64,000 bases of DNA from Ginglymostoma cirratum (GCA_024137785.1 JAHRHZ010000109.1:1159659-1223658); one strand, 5' to 3'. Counted from the first letter of the stretch, positions 49,523-62,439 are shown. The notes: a model not told the origin generated them from the letters alone. Numbers and translations: made by a program.

Positions 49523-49594
49523 AGGCACCGCTGGGATTTTAACTCAAGATCGCCTGTTTCCTAGACACTGTTTTTTTACCCAACCATTAGGGCA
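49523..49594 (-). pseudogene. tRNA-Thr(AGT)-type pseudogene
   Basis: Reverse complement tgtctaggaaacaggcgatcttgagttaaaatcccagcggtgcct matches the Thr-AGT 3' half. Confidence 0.7.
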
Positions 49595-51142
49595 TTGTCT
49601 TAGCCATGCAATCACAGTAACTTGGGGAACTTTCCTGTCTCAGTGTTACTCAGTGAGAATTTCAATCTAACCCCACTTTTCAAACACGGACTGTTCACAG
49701 CTGAATATTCTCCCATGAAAATACACGAAAAGAGACAATATCCTCCTGCTTTGTTTTAACACTGACATTTTCACCTGTTTAAGATGACTGGATAAAAATC
49801 ATGGGCTCATGCTCTCTGGGCCCATGAACAACATTAACACACGCTGAGGGAATCTTACAAGAGGAATAGGTTCATTTTGGTTAATTGAGCAGGTATAAAG
49901 CCTGACCCATTGGAACTAACATTGAGCCTTGCACCAATAGCTCCACACTCACTTCCTGCCTCATGACCCCGCCCCCCTCCCAGCCATCATTGCTTTTCAC
50001 TTCTGTTTCATTCCCACGCTTTGCTTCTGAACGTGTTCCTGACTGATTGTAGGTTTTCAGTTAGAAACTGCACCTTGAACACGGATGCCTGGGTTAGGGC
50101 TTCATTCAATGGAATTGGATTTGCTGCCCATCCCTAATTACCTCACAGATGGAGGTGACGAGTTACTTCCTTGAACACTTGAACTCCTTGGCACGTAGGT
50201 ACAGCTTTGATGCCATTAGGAAGGGAGCTCCAGGATTTAGAAGCAGCGACACTGAAGGAACAGCAGCATATTTCAAACTCAGATAGGTGAGAAACTTGGA
50301 GGGCAGTTTGTGGTGAATGTATTCCCGTGCATCTGTTGCCATTATCCTTCAACATGAAGGAAAACTCGTATCGGACTGATTCTGGTAGATTCAGGATGTG
50401 TGTTCTGTGCATAACCAGGAGTTCATTCTCATTCCTACATTTAACAGGAAGAGATATAAATCTTCATTCCCTAACTAGGAATTGTACCCACACCTGAGCG
50501 GTGCAAACCCTGAATGCCAACCAGCTTACTTGACACTAATCCGTGCGACCTGACTTGTACACACTCTCGCGCCTGTTCTTACACCAGAAGCACCGTCACC
50601 AGCGAAGTGTCTCTCTCCAAGTTTCGAAATGATTCATATTATCGCCCTGGGTTTCAAAGTGGAGAAAGCGGAGCGATGTTGTTCAGTAGACGTATTGCAG
50701 AAAAGTACAACGCAGGCTGCTGTTAACAGGAGATAGCAAGAACTGCAGATCCTTTCTTCGTATACAGGATGAGGGCGATGTTTGGCTGAGCCAACATTTA
50801 TCACCCATTCGTAGTTGCCAGAGAGGGCAGTAAAGAGTCAACCACATTGCTGTGGGTCTGGACTAATATGTTGGCCATACCAGGTAAGGATGGCAGTTTC
50901 CTTCCCTAAAAAATATTAGTGAACCAGATAGGTTTTTCCCTACTTTCGACTTGACTCCCGAAATGACTAAACGTCTGTCTATCTCAGCCTTGAATATACC
51001 TAGGCTTGGCAGCCTCTGTTTTTCAAGAATTCCACAGATTTTCTTCTCTCTGAGCGTGAGGGCATCCACCTTACCTCTGATTTAAATGGGCAACTCGTTT
51101 CGCTGAGATAACACACCAGGGTACAAATCAGAGCACAACAAG

Positions 51143-51232
51143 CGTCAAAAGTTAGGTATGAACTCACCGGCGTCTCCAGCGCCATGTGTAAGTATTTAAA
51201 ACATTTTGTTTTTAGACCTCTGGTTAAACCAA
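51143..51232 (-). pseudogene. Possible tRNA-Leu(CAA/CAG) remnant
   Basis: The ends gtcaaaagttagg..gaactcac and ttagacctct resemble the reverse complement of a GTCAGGATGG..CCCACTTCTGACA-type Leu. The middle is unrecognisable. Confidence 0.3.
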
Positions 51233-51568
51233 ATGCCCTGATCTGCACATTAAATTTGCCAAAGCGGAATATGCTCCAAACATACTTCATTGGCTGTGAT
51301 TTGGGTGGTGGTGAAAGGCGCGATAAAGATACAAGGACATAATTCTTTCTCAATCCATTGCCCTGATAAATAATTTCTCCACTCATGGAACTGGATCCGT
51401 TGCATTGACTCTCTCTCATCAATGTATCTAGTTCAATTCAATCCCCCAACAGCTTACTCCGTTCTGATCAAGTACAGGATGACAGTAAATATTACGGTCG
51501 TGGCACAGACATCACTAATCAAATACTCGTCTTTCCTCTTAGAACCATTTCATGAAATGGACCAGAGA

Positions 51569-51650
51569 GTAGGTTGTGGCTGAGTGGTTAGGCAATGGAT
51601 TCGAAATCCTTTGTGGTATTTATGTGCAGGTTCAAATCCGGACAGCTACA
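51569..51650 (+). pseudogene. tRNA-Ser pseudogene (anticodon reads CGA)
   Basis: gtaggttgtggctgagtggttaggcaatggattCGAaatcc...gcaggttcaaatcc..ctaca. Confidence 0.8.
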
Positions 51651-52618
51651 TTTCTGCATCTTGTTTTAAACGACTTCGTGATGTCAAAACAAACTCATGT
51701 TTTCTCCGGTATGGTAGTTTGTTGACATTCAGGAAAGATGCGGTCTGAACAAGAATCTAACTGTACTCGAAATCTTAGCTGTTTCTCTGTCCACCAATAA
51801 AGCTGGACCTGTTGAGTTTCTGCAGTATTCTATGTGTTTATTCTGCATAACTGCTGTTTTTCATGAAATATCTCCAATCCCAGTCCTCTGGCGACTGACC
51901 CTTGTAATTGGCACAGTTTCTCCGACGATCAACCGGCCAATCCCCACCCCCAGCCAACCCCATCATTACATACAGCTCCAGGAAATCTCCGGTTTTGCTC
52001 CAAAGAGAACATTCCCAGCCCCGGGATTCTGTCCACCAAACGGGATTTCCTCATCTCTGGACATGATGCAAGAGATTTTGGGAAAATATTGTCAGCTGTC
52101 GAGGAGAAAAGTATTAAGGAAGCAAAGCAGAAAGCCCAGTCTCCAGCAATGTGAATCTTTAGAACCGTTTTGGGAACTGGAATCACAGGAGAATGAAGAG
52201 TGAACTTTCCGACTGAGCACAAAGAGTCCAGACACCTGCCACTTCTTTCAGAGGCCGGGGCATTTATTCGGATGTTCTCGAGACATGAACTGATCTGAGA
52301 CATTGAAAGAATTCCCGTTCCTGCACATCAGGAATTCAAATCTCATCTCGACTCCGGGACAATGAGAAAACTCGGAAATAGACAAGACACTGAAAGGGTC
52401 GAAGGGAGAAGGGCCCAGTTGTAGGATTGCTGGTTCCCGGTGATATGGACTGGTCTCCAATGGGTAGGATTAGACTGATCCCATGTCTTCTCAATGAATG
52501 TCCCAGGTTTTAGTTTGGAAAATTACAACTGATACAAGACAATTGCCATTCCAAGCGAGGCAGTTGGAAGTTTGAATTCACTAAGAGCCCGCTTTATGTG
52601 CTGCTGCAAGAGCTCGCC

Positions 52619-52692
52619 ATTTTCTGTGGTGCAATTGGCTGGCGCTTCGACTATGAAATGTGAAGTTGGGGGTTTGAGGCCACTGAGGAAGG
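52619..52692 (+). pseudogene. tRNA-Asn-type pseudogene
   Basis: tctgtggtgcaattggctggcgcttcgact..gaagttgggggtttgag.ccac aligns to the Asn-GTT body. Confidence 0.6.
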
Positions 52693-53201
52693 AACAAGTG
52701 CTGTTCTCACTCTACCAGTTCCCTTTTGACTGTACAGTTACGGGTTTTAATGCAGTCAGGAAAATATTCCCCAAATGGAAAACTTGTCCAGTGAGTGACA
52801 AGAAAGGTATTTCAACGTTGCTTTAATAGTTATAGTAATTAGCTGGGGATGTTTGGAACATGAAAGAAAAGCAGAAACTGCTGGAGAAACTCAACAGGTC
52901 TGACAGTACCGAAGGGAGAGAACAAAGTTCTGAAGAAGTTCTGAAACGTGGACTCAAAATCTCTTCCCACAGATGCTGCCAGACTTGCTGAAGTTTTCCT
53001 GCAATTTATATGTTCGCTTTTAAATGAACATTTATTTTATTATTGGGATGAAACAACCTGAATCACCATGTACTGGATTTAACACTTTAGAAATCTGTGA
53101 AGTAATTGGATTCAAACAAGGCCAGCGAAGATTCATTCATTCACAGCTCGACTGGGCAGGAAAAGTGACCTGAAAAGGTAAGCGGCGTAGCATTTGTTTC
53201 T

Positions 53202-53284
53202 GTAGTCGTAGTCGAGTGTTTAAGGTGATGGACTTGAAATCCGTTGGGGTGTTCCTGTGCAGGTTCATACTCCTGCTGACTATG
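53202..53284 (+). pseudogene. tRNA-Ser(TGA) pseudogene, relatively well preserved
   Basis: gtagtcgtagtcgagtgtttaaggtgatggactTGAaatccgttggggtgttcctgtgcaggttcatactcctgctgactatg; D-loop GG and T-loop altered. Confidence 0.85.
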
Positions 53285-54811
53285 GCTAAGAGCTGAGAGT
53301 AAATCCAAAGCAAGCTTGCTCACCTTTGTTTGCGGCAGGGAGTGCAAAACTTTTCACTCAGATCACCAATGGTGGGAATAAGCAACTCACTGGCTGTCAT
53401 AATAGAACAAGCACAATAGTTCATCAAAGTTAAGGTGCTTTTAGATATACACTTGCAGGGCCAACCTTGGTGAGGCAGTGAGGACATGAGCCATGTGCTG
53501 GGAAATTAGACTAGAACATTCAGTTCTGAGAAAGGGTCACCAGGCCTGAAACGTTAACTCTGATATTTCTTCACAAATGCTTCCAGACCTCCTGAGCTTT
53601 TCCAGCAACTTTGTTTTTGTTCCGAGAACAGTCAGGGTCTTGATTTCAACTAGTCAGACCCGATGGACTGAAGGGTTTTTTCTACGGTGGAGACCTCTAT
53701 GAACAGCTGTGGCCAGCTCAGTGTGTGAAGTGATAGGACAACGTTTGCAAAATGCACCCAGAGCCAGGAAGGGATAGAACCGACTCTCCCCGATCTCCCC
53801 TGATCTGGCTTGATAACATGGTCAGACATGTTATCCATTGGGATTGGGGATAACCGATCCTATGTATATTCCTGGAATCAGTATCTGGGAGAATCAGAAA
53901 GATGCAATGCTATTGTCGCTTTGCTCAGCCGTGTGCAAACCCATCGCTTCTCAATCCCTTCCTTGTGCCTTACATTCTCTGGACCTATTGTCAAGGTAAA
54001 GATTGACTTCACTATCTGCCTGTATTTTTATCAAACAGCTCATTGACCTCGGGGCTGGGTGGTCAGAGGGAGCTGGAGGTGAGACAGGGACAGAAGCAGG
54101 AAAGATGCCACATGAAAGTGTTTAGAGTTTGCCGTATGTCGGTTGTTTTTAGCGAGGGATGTCTGCCGGTCGCTGTCCTGTCGGATTCCCAGGAGCTGCA
54201 GGGATCGGGTCGGTGATGTTTCGAAGTTGAAAGCCCACTCGCAGCTTGTGGGAGTAATTCAACTCACTGTCCATTACATATCGCAGCTCACGGTAACGGT
54301 TCTTGTTGTCTAGAGAAGTCGCTTGTGATCCACTGAAACTGATCTTCTGTCAGAGAAACCTATGTGTGAGAAGGGAGAGAAGACGTGAAGCAGACGGAGC
54401 GGGTATAATCCTGAGGCCCCTGTCACTCTCCGGGGATGTGTCTGTGCGCCTCCCTCTGTGGGTGAAGATGAGAATCAGATCCTCAAGAGGGCTTCAACAC
54501 AGTTTTACCATCTCAAACTTCAGTCCCATTCGTTGCGTCATTTGAGATCACAGGGATAAGCTCATTGACATTTGCCCCCAAAACGCCAGAGCACACAAGG
54601 CTGTGGGCCAAATGCTGGAAGCTGGGACTAGGTAAGTGGAGGATGAATGTCCTGAATGGAAACGATGGGCCGAATGGTCTTCTTCCACCTTGTAAAAACT
54701 CGGAGAGAGAGAAACCGATCTCCAGCGAAAATGATCATAACCGAACATGCAAATGCAGTGTCATAGAGAAAATGCACAGCCCCACCACCACACCACACCC
54801 CTTTGTCTTGC

Positions 54812-54883
54812 TCCCTAGTAGTCCAGTGGTGTGGGCTTGGTGCTTTTACCACTGCGGCCTGGGTTCAATTCCCAGTCAGGGAT
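54812..54883 (+). pseudogene. tRNA-Glu-type pseudogene (anticodon reads TTT)
   Basis: tccctagtagtccagtggtgtgggcttggtgctTTTaccactgcggcctgggttcaattcccagtcaggga; T-arm and most of the acceptor stem intact. Confidence 0.85.
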
Positions 54884-54949
54884 TAAAACGACATTTATAT
54901 TAGTTTATCATGGTGACAGCCTTCCTTCCTGATGTTTCAAGAGCTGTCA

Positions 54950-56090
54950 GCTCATTTGTTTTGTCCGAAAAGTTATTCAGTTAACATTAAACAAAGAGAT
55001 GTGGCAATCTGACACAAAAGCATGAATTGACAGAGAAACTCAGCAGGTCTCACAGCATTTGTGGAAAGAAACAAGTTATCGTTTCAAATCCTCTGCCTGT
55101 ACGTCAGTACCAGGTTAATTATGCATTTCTATATCATAATTCCGGGAGAAATTATCACCATTATCTGTCGAATCAGCGTATTTATCAAAATTTCTTTCTC
55201 TCATGAGCTTACTCACACCAACTTTACAACTTTAAAGGTACTTCATCGTCTCTAATGCTGCTTCCGCTACCCTGAGGCGGTGAAAGGCTCTGCTTAAACG
55301 GTTGCCTTTTCCTTTCTGTAAGTGCAGCCATATCGCATGGAGAATTGGTCCTTTCTGCGTCTACCTCAGTATGCGCCTCTATCTGTCTCTCTTTGTCTCT
55401 GTGTATCCACCTCGCCCCCTTTCACATTCTCTGACACTCCATCTGTCCATATCACTCATTTCCCATTTCTGCTCTTGATGAGTCTGAAATTTGGAGACTT
55501 CTTGAGAGTGGAGAGTCTGGTCCTGGGATCAAAGTTCCCCGGAGGATGTGCCTGGCATTTATGACTGAGATAAGGAGAAATTTCTTCTCTGAAAGGATTG
55601 CGAATCTTCAGAATTCTAAAAAAAATTCCTAACTCACCAAAAAAAAATGCCACTACAATTATAGGATTATAGGTCTTTATTGCTGTAGTAAAATGACTGT
55701 ATGTGGACAGTAGAGAATGAGAGTGATCAGCTCGTGGTGTCTGTGCCATTACCACAATATTCCCCGCTAAATCTGCACTTTATCCTGCCTCACCTCATTA
55801 TTCCTACCTAGGTGAAAATGAAGCGTTGAGAATACAAGAAAAGGAAAAGTAGAGTGCTTGTGGAACAGCAGAAAGGAACATCATAATGAACCCAGCAGAA
55901 AAAGAGGAGACACTGAAGCAGCATCCTCATGACAAATGTGTTTTCTTTGTCAGCAAAACTCACGGCATCAGAAAGCAGGGACTTTTGAAGTGAAGCAGTG
56001 ACGGTGATTATCTTTGTTGGTTGTTCACGCTGTGAATGTTACCGTTCTTGCTCATGTCGGTGTTAATGCCACAACGCTGCCTCATATAAA
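54950..56090. repeat. Segment paralogous to ~25860-26960 and ~48060-48970
   Basis: Shared atctgtcgaatcagc..atcaaaat, gagaatgag.gtgatcag and ccattaccacaa.attcc in all three. Confidence 0.85.
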
Positions 56091-56196
56091 GCAACATGCA
56101 GAAACTGGAGATAGGTTCTGAAAACTGAGTAAACTCCCGCTGCGCAACGAGGCTGACTCTCGGCGTTAGGAGCTTTTGCAGAGCCTAATCTCAACA

Positions 56197-56270
56197 GTTT
56201 CTGTTTTGCAATATTTCAGCGCATTCGGGTATTGAGAAAAAGATTGGTGTTTCAAGACTACCCAGGAACG
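56197..56270 (+). pseudogene. tRNA-Asn-type pseudogene
   Basis: gtttctgttttgcaat..agcgcattcgg..aaagattggtgtttcaagactacccaggaacg; 74 nt, colinear with Asn-GTT. Confidence 0.65.
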
Positions 56271-57382
56271 CAGCCCCTTCTATTTTACTACCCATTAACG
56301 TTTCCCGTGACACAGAAGATTGTCAATCGGGATTATGCCTTCCAGAGATAGCTTCAAAACTTTGTAAGCTCCACTGTTATCCAGTCAGACCCCGGATATA
56401 CAGGTTTTAATGCAGTTCTTCTCAACACAATGATCAAACTATTAAACCGGCTATGTACTTGCATTTAATTCATAGAAGTCTATGAAAAGATTGGACTGGA
56501 ACAAACCCATCGATGATTGTTTCTTCCCCAATTCCGCACGGAGTGAGACAGGGACAAGCAGTAGGATTTGACCCTGCATCCTCCAATCCCCCACTGCCAG
56601 CAGATAGCGGCCACTGCAGCTTTAATCAGCCGCTTGCTGCCGATCCCTGGGAGGCAAGATCGTCCAACTGGGGCCAAACCTTCCAATGCACCCAGCACAG
56701 GCTCAGGAAAATACAGGGTAACTACATCCCGCTCAGTATACCTCAGAGCAACATTGACGCAATATCCAAGCGAGTGGAATTTTCTCTGAGCCTCACTTGG
56801 GAAACCTCAACTGATACAACTAGTGGAAACCTGTTCCCTATGAAAGGTTCTTCCCATGTGAAAAGGGGCGAAAATCCTTTTACATTTCACAATGCTTGCA
56901 GCAAATTCTCCTTGACCTTCGAATCTTTTCATCTGAACTCTGAAAATCCAGTCCCCAAATGCGAAGCAGCAGAAGCTGCTGATATACTGAGCAAACAGAG
57001 TGCTGAATGTTTTCAATGAGACTTGGCAGATAGATATGCAATTCACACAGTCTGTAACAAAAATGACTGAGTTTATTGAAGCTGATTCACCAGTTCTCAG
57101 AGTGACCTTCAATCAGATGGGGTGCTGAGCGATGAGGGCACCAACATTAAAATATGAATTTTGAATGTTAAATCCCGGAACAAGCGCTGAAAATGGGTTA
57201 GAATGGTCTGAAGGAAAAAACAGCCGATAAGTGGAAGGTATAAATGATGTTATTTGTAATTGAAAGGAATGAAACGGAAACTTGAGATTTTCGAAGTGGA
57301 ACATCTTCAGCAACTTGAAATGAAGAAACAGACGATTTTGGTTCAACATGGGGAAATGGGAAACCGAGGAAAGCTAGCACCC

Positions 57383-57455
57383 GCCTGGCTAGCTCAGTTA
57401 GTAGAGTATGATACCTTTAATCTCAGGGTTATGAGTTTGAGCCCCATGCTAGGCG
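57383..57455 (+). pseudogene. tRNA-Lys pseudogene (Lys-CTT-type body, anticodon reads TTT)
   Basis: gcctggctagctcagttagtagagtatgataccTTTaatctcagggttatgagtttgagccccatgctaggcg; acceptor stem paired, boxes mutated mostly at CpG. Confidence 0.88.
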
Positions 57456-58354
57456 CCGTTATTGCTTTGCAAATTCACTTCTTGAGTTGAAGCTAAGTAC
57501 TTCATTCCGCCAGCAGGCTCAGTGCTCAAAACATCGTTTCCCTCGTGCTGCTTTCTTTGAGATTGGTTTCCAGTTTTTGAGTGAAAACTATCTCCATTTT
57601 CCTGGAAGTCCCAAGGATCAGTTTGTAGGTGCAGCTGCACGTGAAATAAATGATATTTCGAAGAAGCAAGCCCTACTCCAATCCTCCACCATCAAAATTG
57701 TTTTGAGAATGGGAATAGTCAGTTCCTGGGCGGCTCCATGTCAAATGGAGCTGAACCAGAATTACCTAATTCTGAGGGTTCCATGGAAAACGTCAGCGAA
57801 ATCTCCATGAAGGTTAACCACTTCACAAGGAAAATTATCTTCTTTTGTGACCGTGTGGGTTTACTCAATAAAATCTGTATTCTCGGTAACAGAGGGGAAA
57901 GATTATGAGTTTTCAGTCCGTGATAGAAGTGACCTGGGTGAAAGTGGAAGTAAAATATCCCCAGAGAAGAGAGAGTCGAGTGGTCCAGATTGGCTCACTC
58001 ATCTTCTCTTTAACAGAACAGAAATTGCTGGAAAAACTCAGCAGGTCCAGCAGCACCTGTGGAGAGAGGGCAGAGTTAACATTTTGGGTCGAGTAAGCCT
58101 TTTTCACAACTTGTGTTTTTTTTTGTTGTAACTTGTTCCATTTACATCTCCCTCTGCCTTTCAGTACCCTCCGTATTTTTTATTGAAACCCTCCTGTTCA
58201 CCACACTCTCACAGAGTTTCTCTTTTATTATTTCCTCTTCTGTCCATTTCCCTGTATGTATATTTGGTTCAAACCCGTTCCATTTCTTAATTTTCCCAGT
58301 TCTGACGCTGAACAATTAACTGTATTTCTATCACCCTAGGTACCAGAAGACCCG

Positions 58355-58490
58355 AGGCCATAAGATATAGGGACAGAATTAGGCCTTTCGGCCCATCTAG
58401 CTTTCTCTGCCATTCAGTGGTGGGTTATATGGCTCTCAATCCCATTCTGCAGACTTCTCCTGGTCACATTTTATCTTCCCAGATATAGTA
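58355..58490 (-). mobile_element. CR1/SINE 3' tail fragment
   Basis: ccataagatatagggacagaattaggcc.ttcggcccatc is a reversed CR1-type 3' UTR. Confidence 0.65.
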
Positions 58491-58533
58491 CCCAGTCTCT
58501 TTTCCAGCGTGGATTCGAATCCCCCCGCTACCA
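58491..58533 (+). pseudogene. tRNA-Leu 3' half
   Basis: ccagtctct..gcgtggattcgaatccccccgctacca; the 5' half is replaced by the repeat. Confidence 0.65.
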
Positions 58534-59220
58534 ACTGTTATGCCGAAGCTTGGCAGGGATGATTTGCGTTTAACTTCTCTTTGTTTAGCCCAAAGCAATC
58601 TTTGATGTGGGACAGCACAAAGCCTCCATCGGGTCAGCGTCCACGCATTGTTTGCATCGTGCAGTGGTTATCATATGCGGAATGCTCCCAGCATAATAGC
58701 GGGGACAAGCAGACTGCGCTGCTGCTTCATGTTCCAGGCAAATTACGTTGCTCACCCTTTTCGCTAAAGGTAAATAGAGGTCGCTATTTCGCTGCTGATG
58801 TGAAGCAAAATCCCGCTTTGAATCTACTCGCAGTTATTTGCCTTTTTTGGCGAAAAGGAGGGTAATTAGAATGTGAAATTTCTTTCTTCTCCTTCATTTC
58901 AGTCCTGGAGAAGGCAGTGCCTGAACCACCTTCTTGATACCCTGCAACCGTTGCGGTGCAGGCCCAACCGCGTTGTTAATCAGAAGGGAAACCGATCCTA
59001 ATCGAGACTGTGATTGCTTGCATTCATTTTTGTGAGTGATTCTTAATCTGTTCTTTTTTTTTCCCCTTATTTGAGAACTTTCCGGTAAGTGGTGTTGGGC
59101 TAAGCTTCCAGTATATTTGGAAGAGCTGTTTGGTTTGGCCCCGATGCCAGTTGTGTGAGTAGTTCATGACCCAGAGAACTGGAGGTGTTTCACAGAAAGC
59201 ATTAGTGTTTCTGTGTGTCT

Positions 59221-60175
59221 GCAAATTAGCAAATTTGCAGATGACACAAAGCTGGGTGGCAGTGTGAAATGAGAGGAGGATGTTATGAGAATACAGAGTG
59301 ACTTGGACAGGCTAGGTGAGTGGGTGGATGCATGGCAGATGCAGTTAAATGTGGACAAATGTGAGGTTATCCACTTTGGTGGCAAGAACAGGAAGGCAGA
59401 TTACTACCTAAATGGAGTCAAGTTAGGTAAAGGGGAAGTACAACGAGATCTAGGTGTTCTTGTACATCAGTCTATGAAAGCAAGCATGCAGGTACAGCAG
59501 GCAGTGAAGAAAGCTAATGGCATGCTGGCCTTCATAACAAGAGGAATTGAGTATAGAAGCAAAGAGGTCCTTCTGCAGCTGTACAGGGCCCTGGTGATAC
59601 CGCACCTGGAGTATTGTGTGCAGTTTTCGTCTCCAAATTTGAGGAAGGACATTCTTGCTATTGAGGGAGTTCAGCGTAGGTTCACGAGGTTAATTTCCAG
59701 AATGGCGGGACTATCATATGTTGAAAGATTGGAGCGTCTGGGCTTGTATACACTTGAGTTTAGAAGGATGAGAGGGGATCTGATTGAGACGTATAAGATT
59801 ATTAAGGGATTGGACACTCTGGAGGCAGGGAGCATGTTTCTGCTGATAGGTGAGTCCAGAACCAGAGGACACAGTTTAAAAATAAGGGGTAGGTCATTTA
59901 GAACAGAGTTGAGGAAAAACTTCTTCACCCAGAGAGTGGTGGTTATATGGAATGCTCTGCCCCAGAAGGCAGTGGAGGCCAAGTCTCTGGATACTTTCAA
60001 GAAAGAGATGGATAGAGCTCATATAGATAATGGAATCAAGGGTTATGGGGATAAGGCAGGAGCAGGATACTGATTGTGGATGATCAGCCATGATCATAAT
60101 GAATGGTGGTGCTGGATCAAAGGGCCGAATGGCCTACTCCTGCACCCATTGTCTATTGTCTATTGTCTGTTGTCT
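59221..60175 (+). mobile_element. Young 5'-truncated CR1 LINE; open ORF2 C-terminal 262 codons (59285-60073); (TATTGTC)n tail
   Basis: KFADDTKLGG start; WQMQLNVDKCEVIHFG, RDLGVLV, LYRALVIPHLEYCVQF, RKNFFTQRVV; 3' UTR and heptamer tail. Absent from the paralogous site at about 39550. Confidence 0.97.
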
Positions 60176-60361
60176 AGAAATGCGTTTGCCTTGTCATTTT
60201 TGCTTCAGTTGCGCGTTAAGAACTGTCTGTGTGAGGATTCGCTCGAAACCTGAGGTGCTAACACAGTTTGTGAGGAATTTTCCTGAATCCAAAATCCTCA
60301 CTGAGAACCTGGGAAGATGTCACAGAGAATGGACTTTGGGGGTAAAAGTGAACAGACTCTT

Positions 60362-60435
60362 CGCCTCTGGGTGGTCGCCAACCACGAACCTTCTGCTTAA
60401 GAGCCAAACGCGCTAACCTATTGAGCCACAGAGAC
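60362..60435 (-). pseudogene. tRNA-Asn-type pseudogene (anticodon reads CTT)
   Basis: Reverse complement gtctctgtggctcaataggttagcgcgtttggctCTTaagcagaaggttcgtggttggcgaccacccagaggcg. Confidence 0.85.
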
Positions 60436-60499
60436 AGGAGCCAGGCATGCTGCAAGTCATCACTTAAACCGGGGGTCAGCAACTGCAGCATCGAAGAGA

Positions 60500-60960
60500 T
60501 ATACAGCATGGAAACAAAGCCTTCAGTCCACCTCTTCGATGCCGACTAGATATCCTAAATTAGTCTATCTCCATTCGCCAGCACATGGCCCTCATCCATC
60601 TAAACACTTAAATTCATACACGCATTCAGGTGTCTTTGAAATGTAGTAATTTTTACGAGCCCTCACCACTTTCTCTGGCGGTTCATTCCATACATACACC
60701 ACCTTCGGCCCTCAGGTCCCTGTTAATTCAGTCCCGACTACCTTACATATATACCCTCTCGTTTTGCACTCGCCCACTCTGGGAAAATGACATTGTCTAT
60801 TCACCCAATCCGTATCCCTCATGATTAGACAAACTTCTGTAAGGTCATCACTTAGCTTCTTACGCTCCAGGAAAAATTACCCCAAGCCGTTCAGCCTCGC
60901 CCAACAGCCCAAAACCTGCAACCCTGGCAAAATTCTAGTGAACATTTTCTGGGCAATTTT
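60500..60960 (-). mobile_element. CR1 3' fragment (cassette copy)
   Basis: acagcatggaaacaaagccttcagtcc..cttctgtaaggtcatcacttagc..cgctccagg is paralogous to 33870 and 36470. Confidence 0.7.
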
Positions 60961-61095
60961 ACGCGGTATATTTTATTTTTAACAATGTCAATAACTCTGG
61001 ACAGCATCGAAACTTGAAACCGAGAGATGAAGTGTTGAACGCCTGCAAATTTCAATGCTGTACGAAGGACAGCGGGTAGACAGCTTTGGCAATGC

Positions 61096-61168
61096 GTTTC
61101 TGTAATGCAGTGGCTATCAAGTTCCCCGAGCATGCGAAAGGTCCCCGATCCGAAATTGGGAAGAAACA
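61096..61168 (+). pseudogene. tRNA-Val-type pseudogene
   Basis: gtttctgtaatgcagtggctatcaagttc...gcgaaaggtccccgatccgaaattgggaagaaaca. Confidence 0.8.
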
Positions 61169-61437
61169 GTTGCGCTCCATTTATTTCAGTAACAGATGTT
61201 CGGATTGCTGTAGACAGAGCTACCTTGCTGGCTGCTCTCAACGGTGAAACTTGCTTTCTGTTAAGTCAGCCAAACCTGCTGCTGTCGTTACTTTTTTGTT
61301 GTGGAAAAGAGGGTAATTCCACTGCATTGCGGTGGAAAGCTTTGTGAAATTTCTCTCCTTCCTGCTCCTGAGTATGGACCGATTTATACAGCACAGATGC
61401 TCATCTTTTTTGTGAGTGCATTCAGAGTGCCCGTATT

Positions 61438-61509
61438 ATTTCTGCAGTGCAGTCGTGTCTCATTTGATTTAGGTACGATAGCGTCTCGGTTCAAAGTCAA
61501 GGAGAAGCC
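61438..61509 (+). pseudogene. tRNA-Val remnant
   Basis: Cassette position and cggttcaaagtcaaggag match the 34786 copy. Confidence 0.5.
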
Positions 61510-62439
61510 TAGTATGCTGGTGTCATCGTGCCCCCGCGCATTCCTGATTTACCCTCTCTGTCAAATACATCTCAAAGTAATCTCTGATAGGCTTAATTCC
61601 GCGGCTGTCTGTCCTGTCTGGAAAGCTCTGCAGCCAAATGCACAGCTGAGGAGAAAGACAAGGAAAATAGCAACTTGTACCTAAATCGAGGTTCGAATAG
61701 CCTCGCAATGTTCTCGGATTCTAATGTCAACTCAGCTTTTCAGATGGAGGATCATCTTTGAGCTACTCATTCTGCAAAACAGTAGTGCCTGGCCCGCTGT
61801 GCTCATCGAGCTCCACACTGTGTTATCTCTGACACCAGCATCGGCAGTCTTACTATCCCCTCGTGGTAACTGTAATTACGCTGAACGGTATCATCTGGTA
61901 CACGGCCTGCTCGGCTTTGTGCATTTTCACTGCATTCCGATGTTTTTTCAGGTTACCTGCAAATGAGAAAGCATACCCGTTTATAATTTCTCACAGGCAC
62001 GTTACATTAGTTGTTCAACTGAGTCTCGAAATATGCATTCAGGTTTCCATTGATTTTTGCTTTAATTAAAGTGTTATCGGCATTTAGTGGGAGGCCTTTC
62101 CCTTTGCCTTCGCTTTTGTTGTGTTCCAGTAGCAACATTGGAAAAATCATTGCCCGGTGCGGTAATCTTCGCCGGAATACAGCCAGCTAAGCAGAAAGAC
62201 AAGGAAAGTGAAAGGAATTATGTTAATGTGGGTCGTACCTTCACTGCCTTTAAAACAATTTCGCAATGGGATCTGCCTTTTTCGGATTTGAAATCTGCTT
62301 ACCATTCGAGACGAAAGTTTTTTTCGGAGCCGCTTATTTTGCCATACAGGCTTAGTACCTGTAGGTATGTTGCACGGTATCATCTTGTACACGGCTCGCT
62401 CAACTTTGTGCATTTTCCCTGCAGTCCGGAGCTGATCAT

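Noticed and set aside
53202-57455. Ser-TGA, Glu and Lys copies as functional tRNA genes
   Set aside because: They are the best preserved, but each has lesions at conserved positions (D-loop GG, T-loop TTC, anticodon or stems), so they are called pseudogenes pending tRNAscan-SE scores.
59285-60073. Longest ORF (262 aa) as a host gene
   Set aside because: It is the C-terminal part of CR1 ORF2 in a 5'-truncated copy, with an in-frame stop just upstream.
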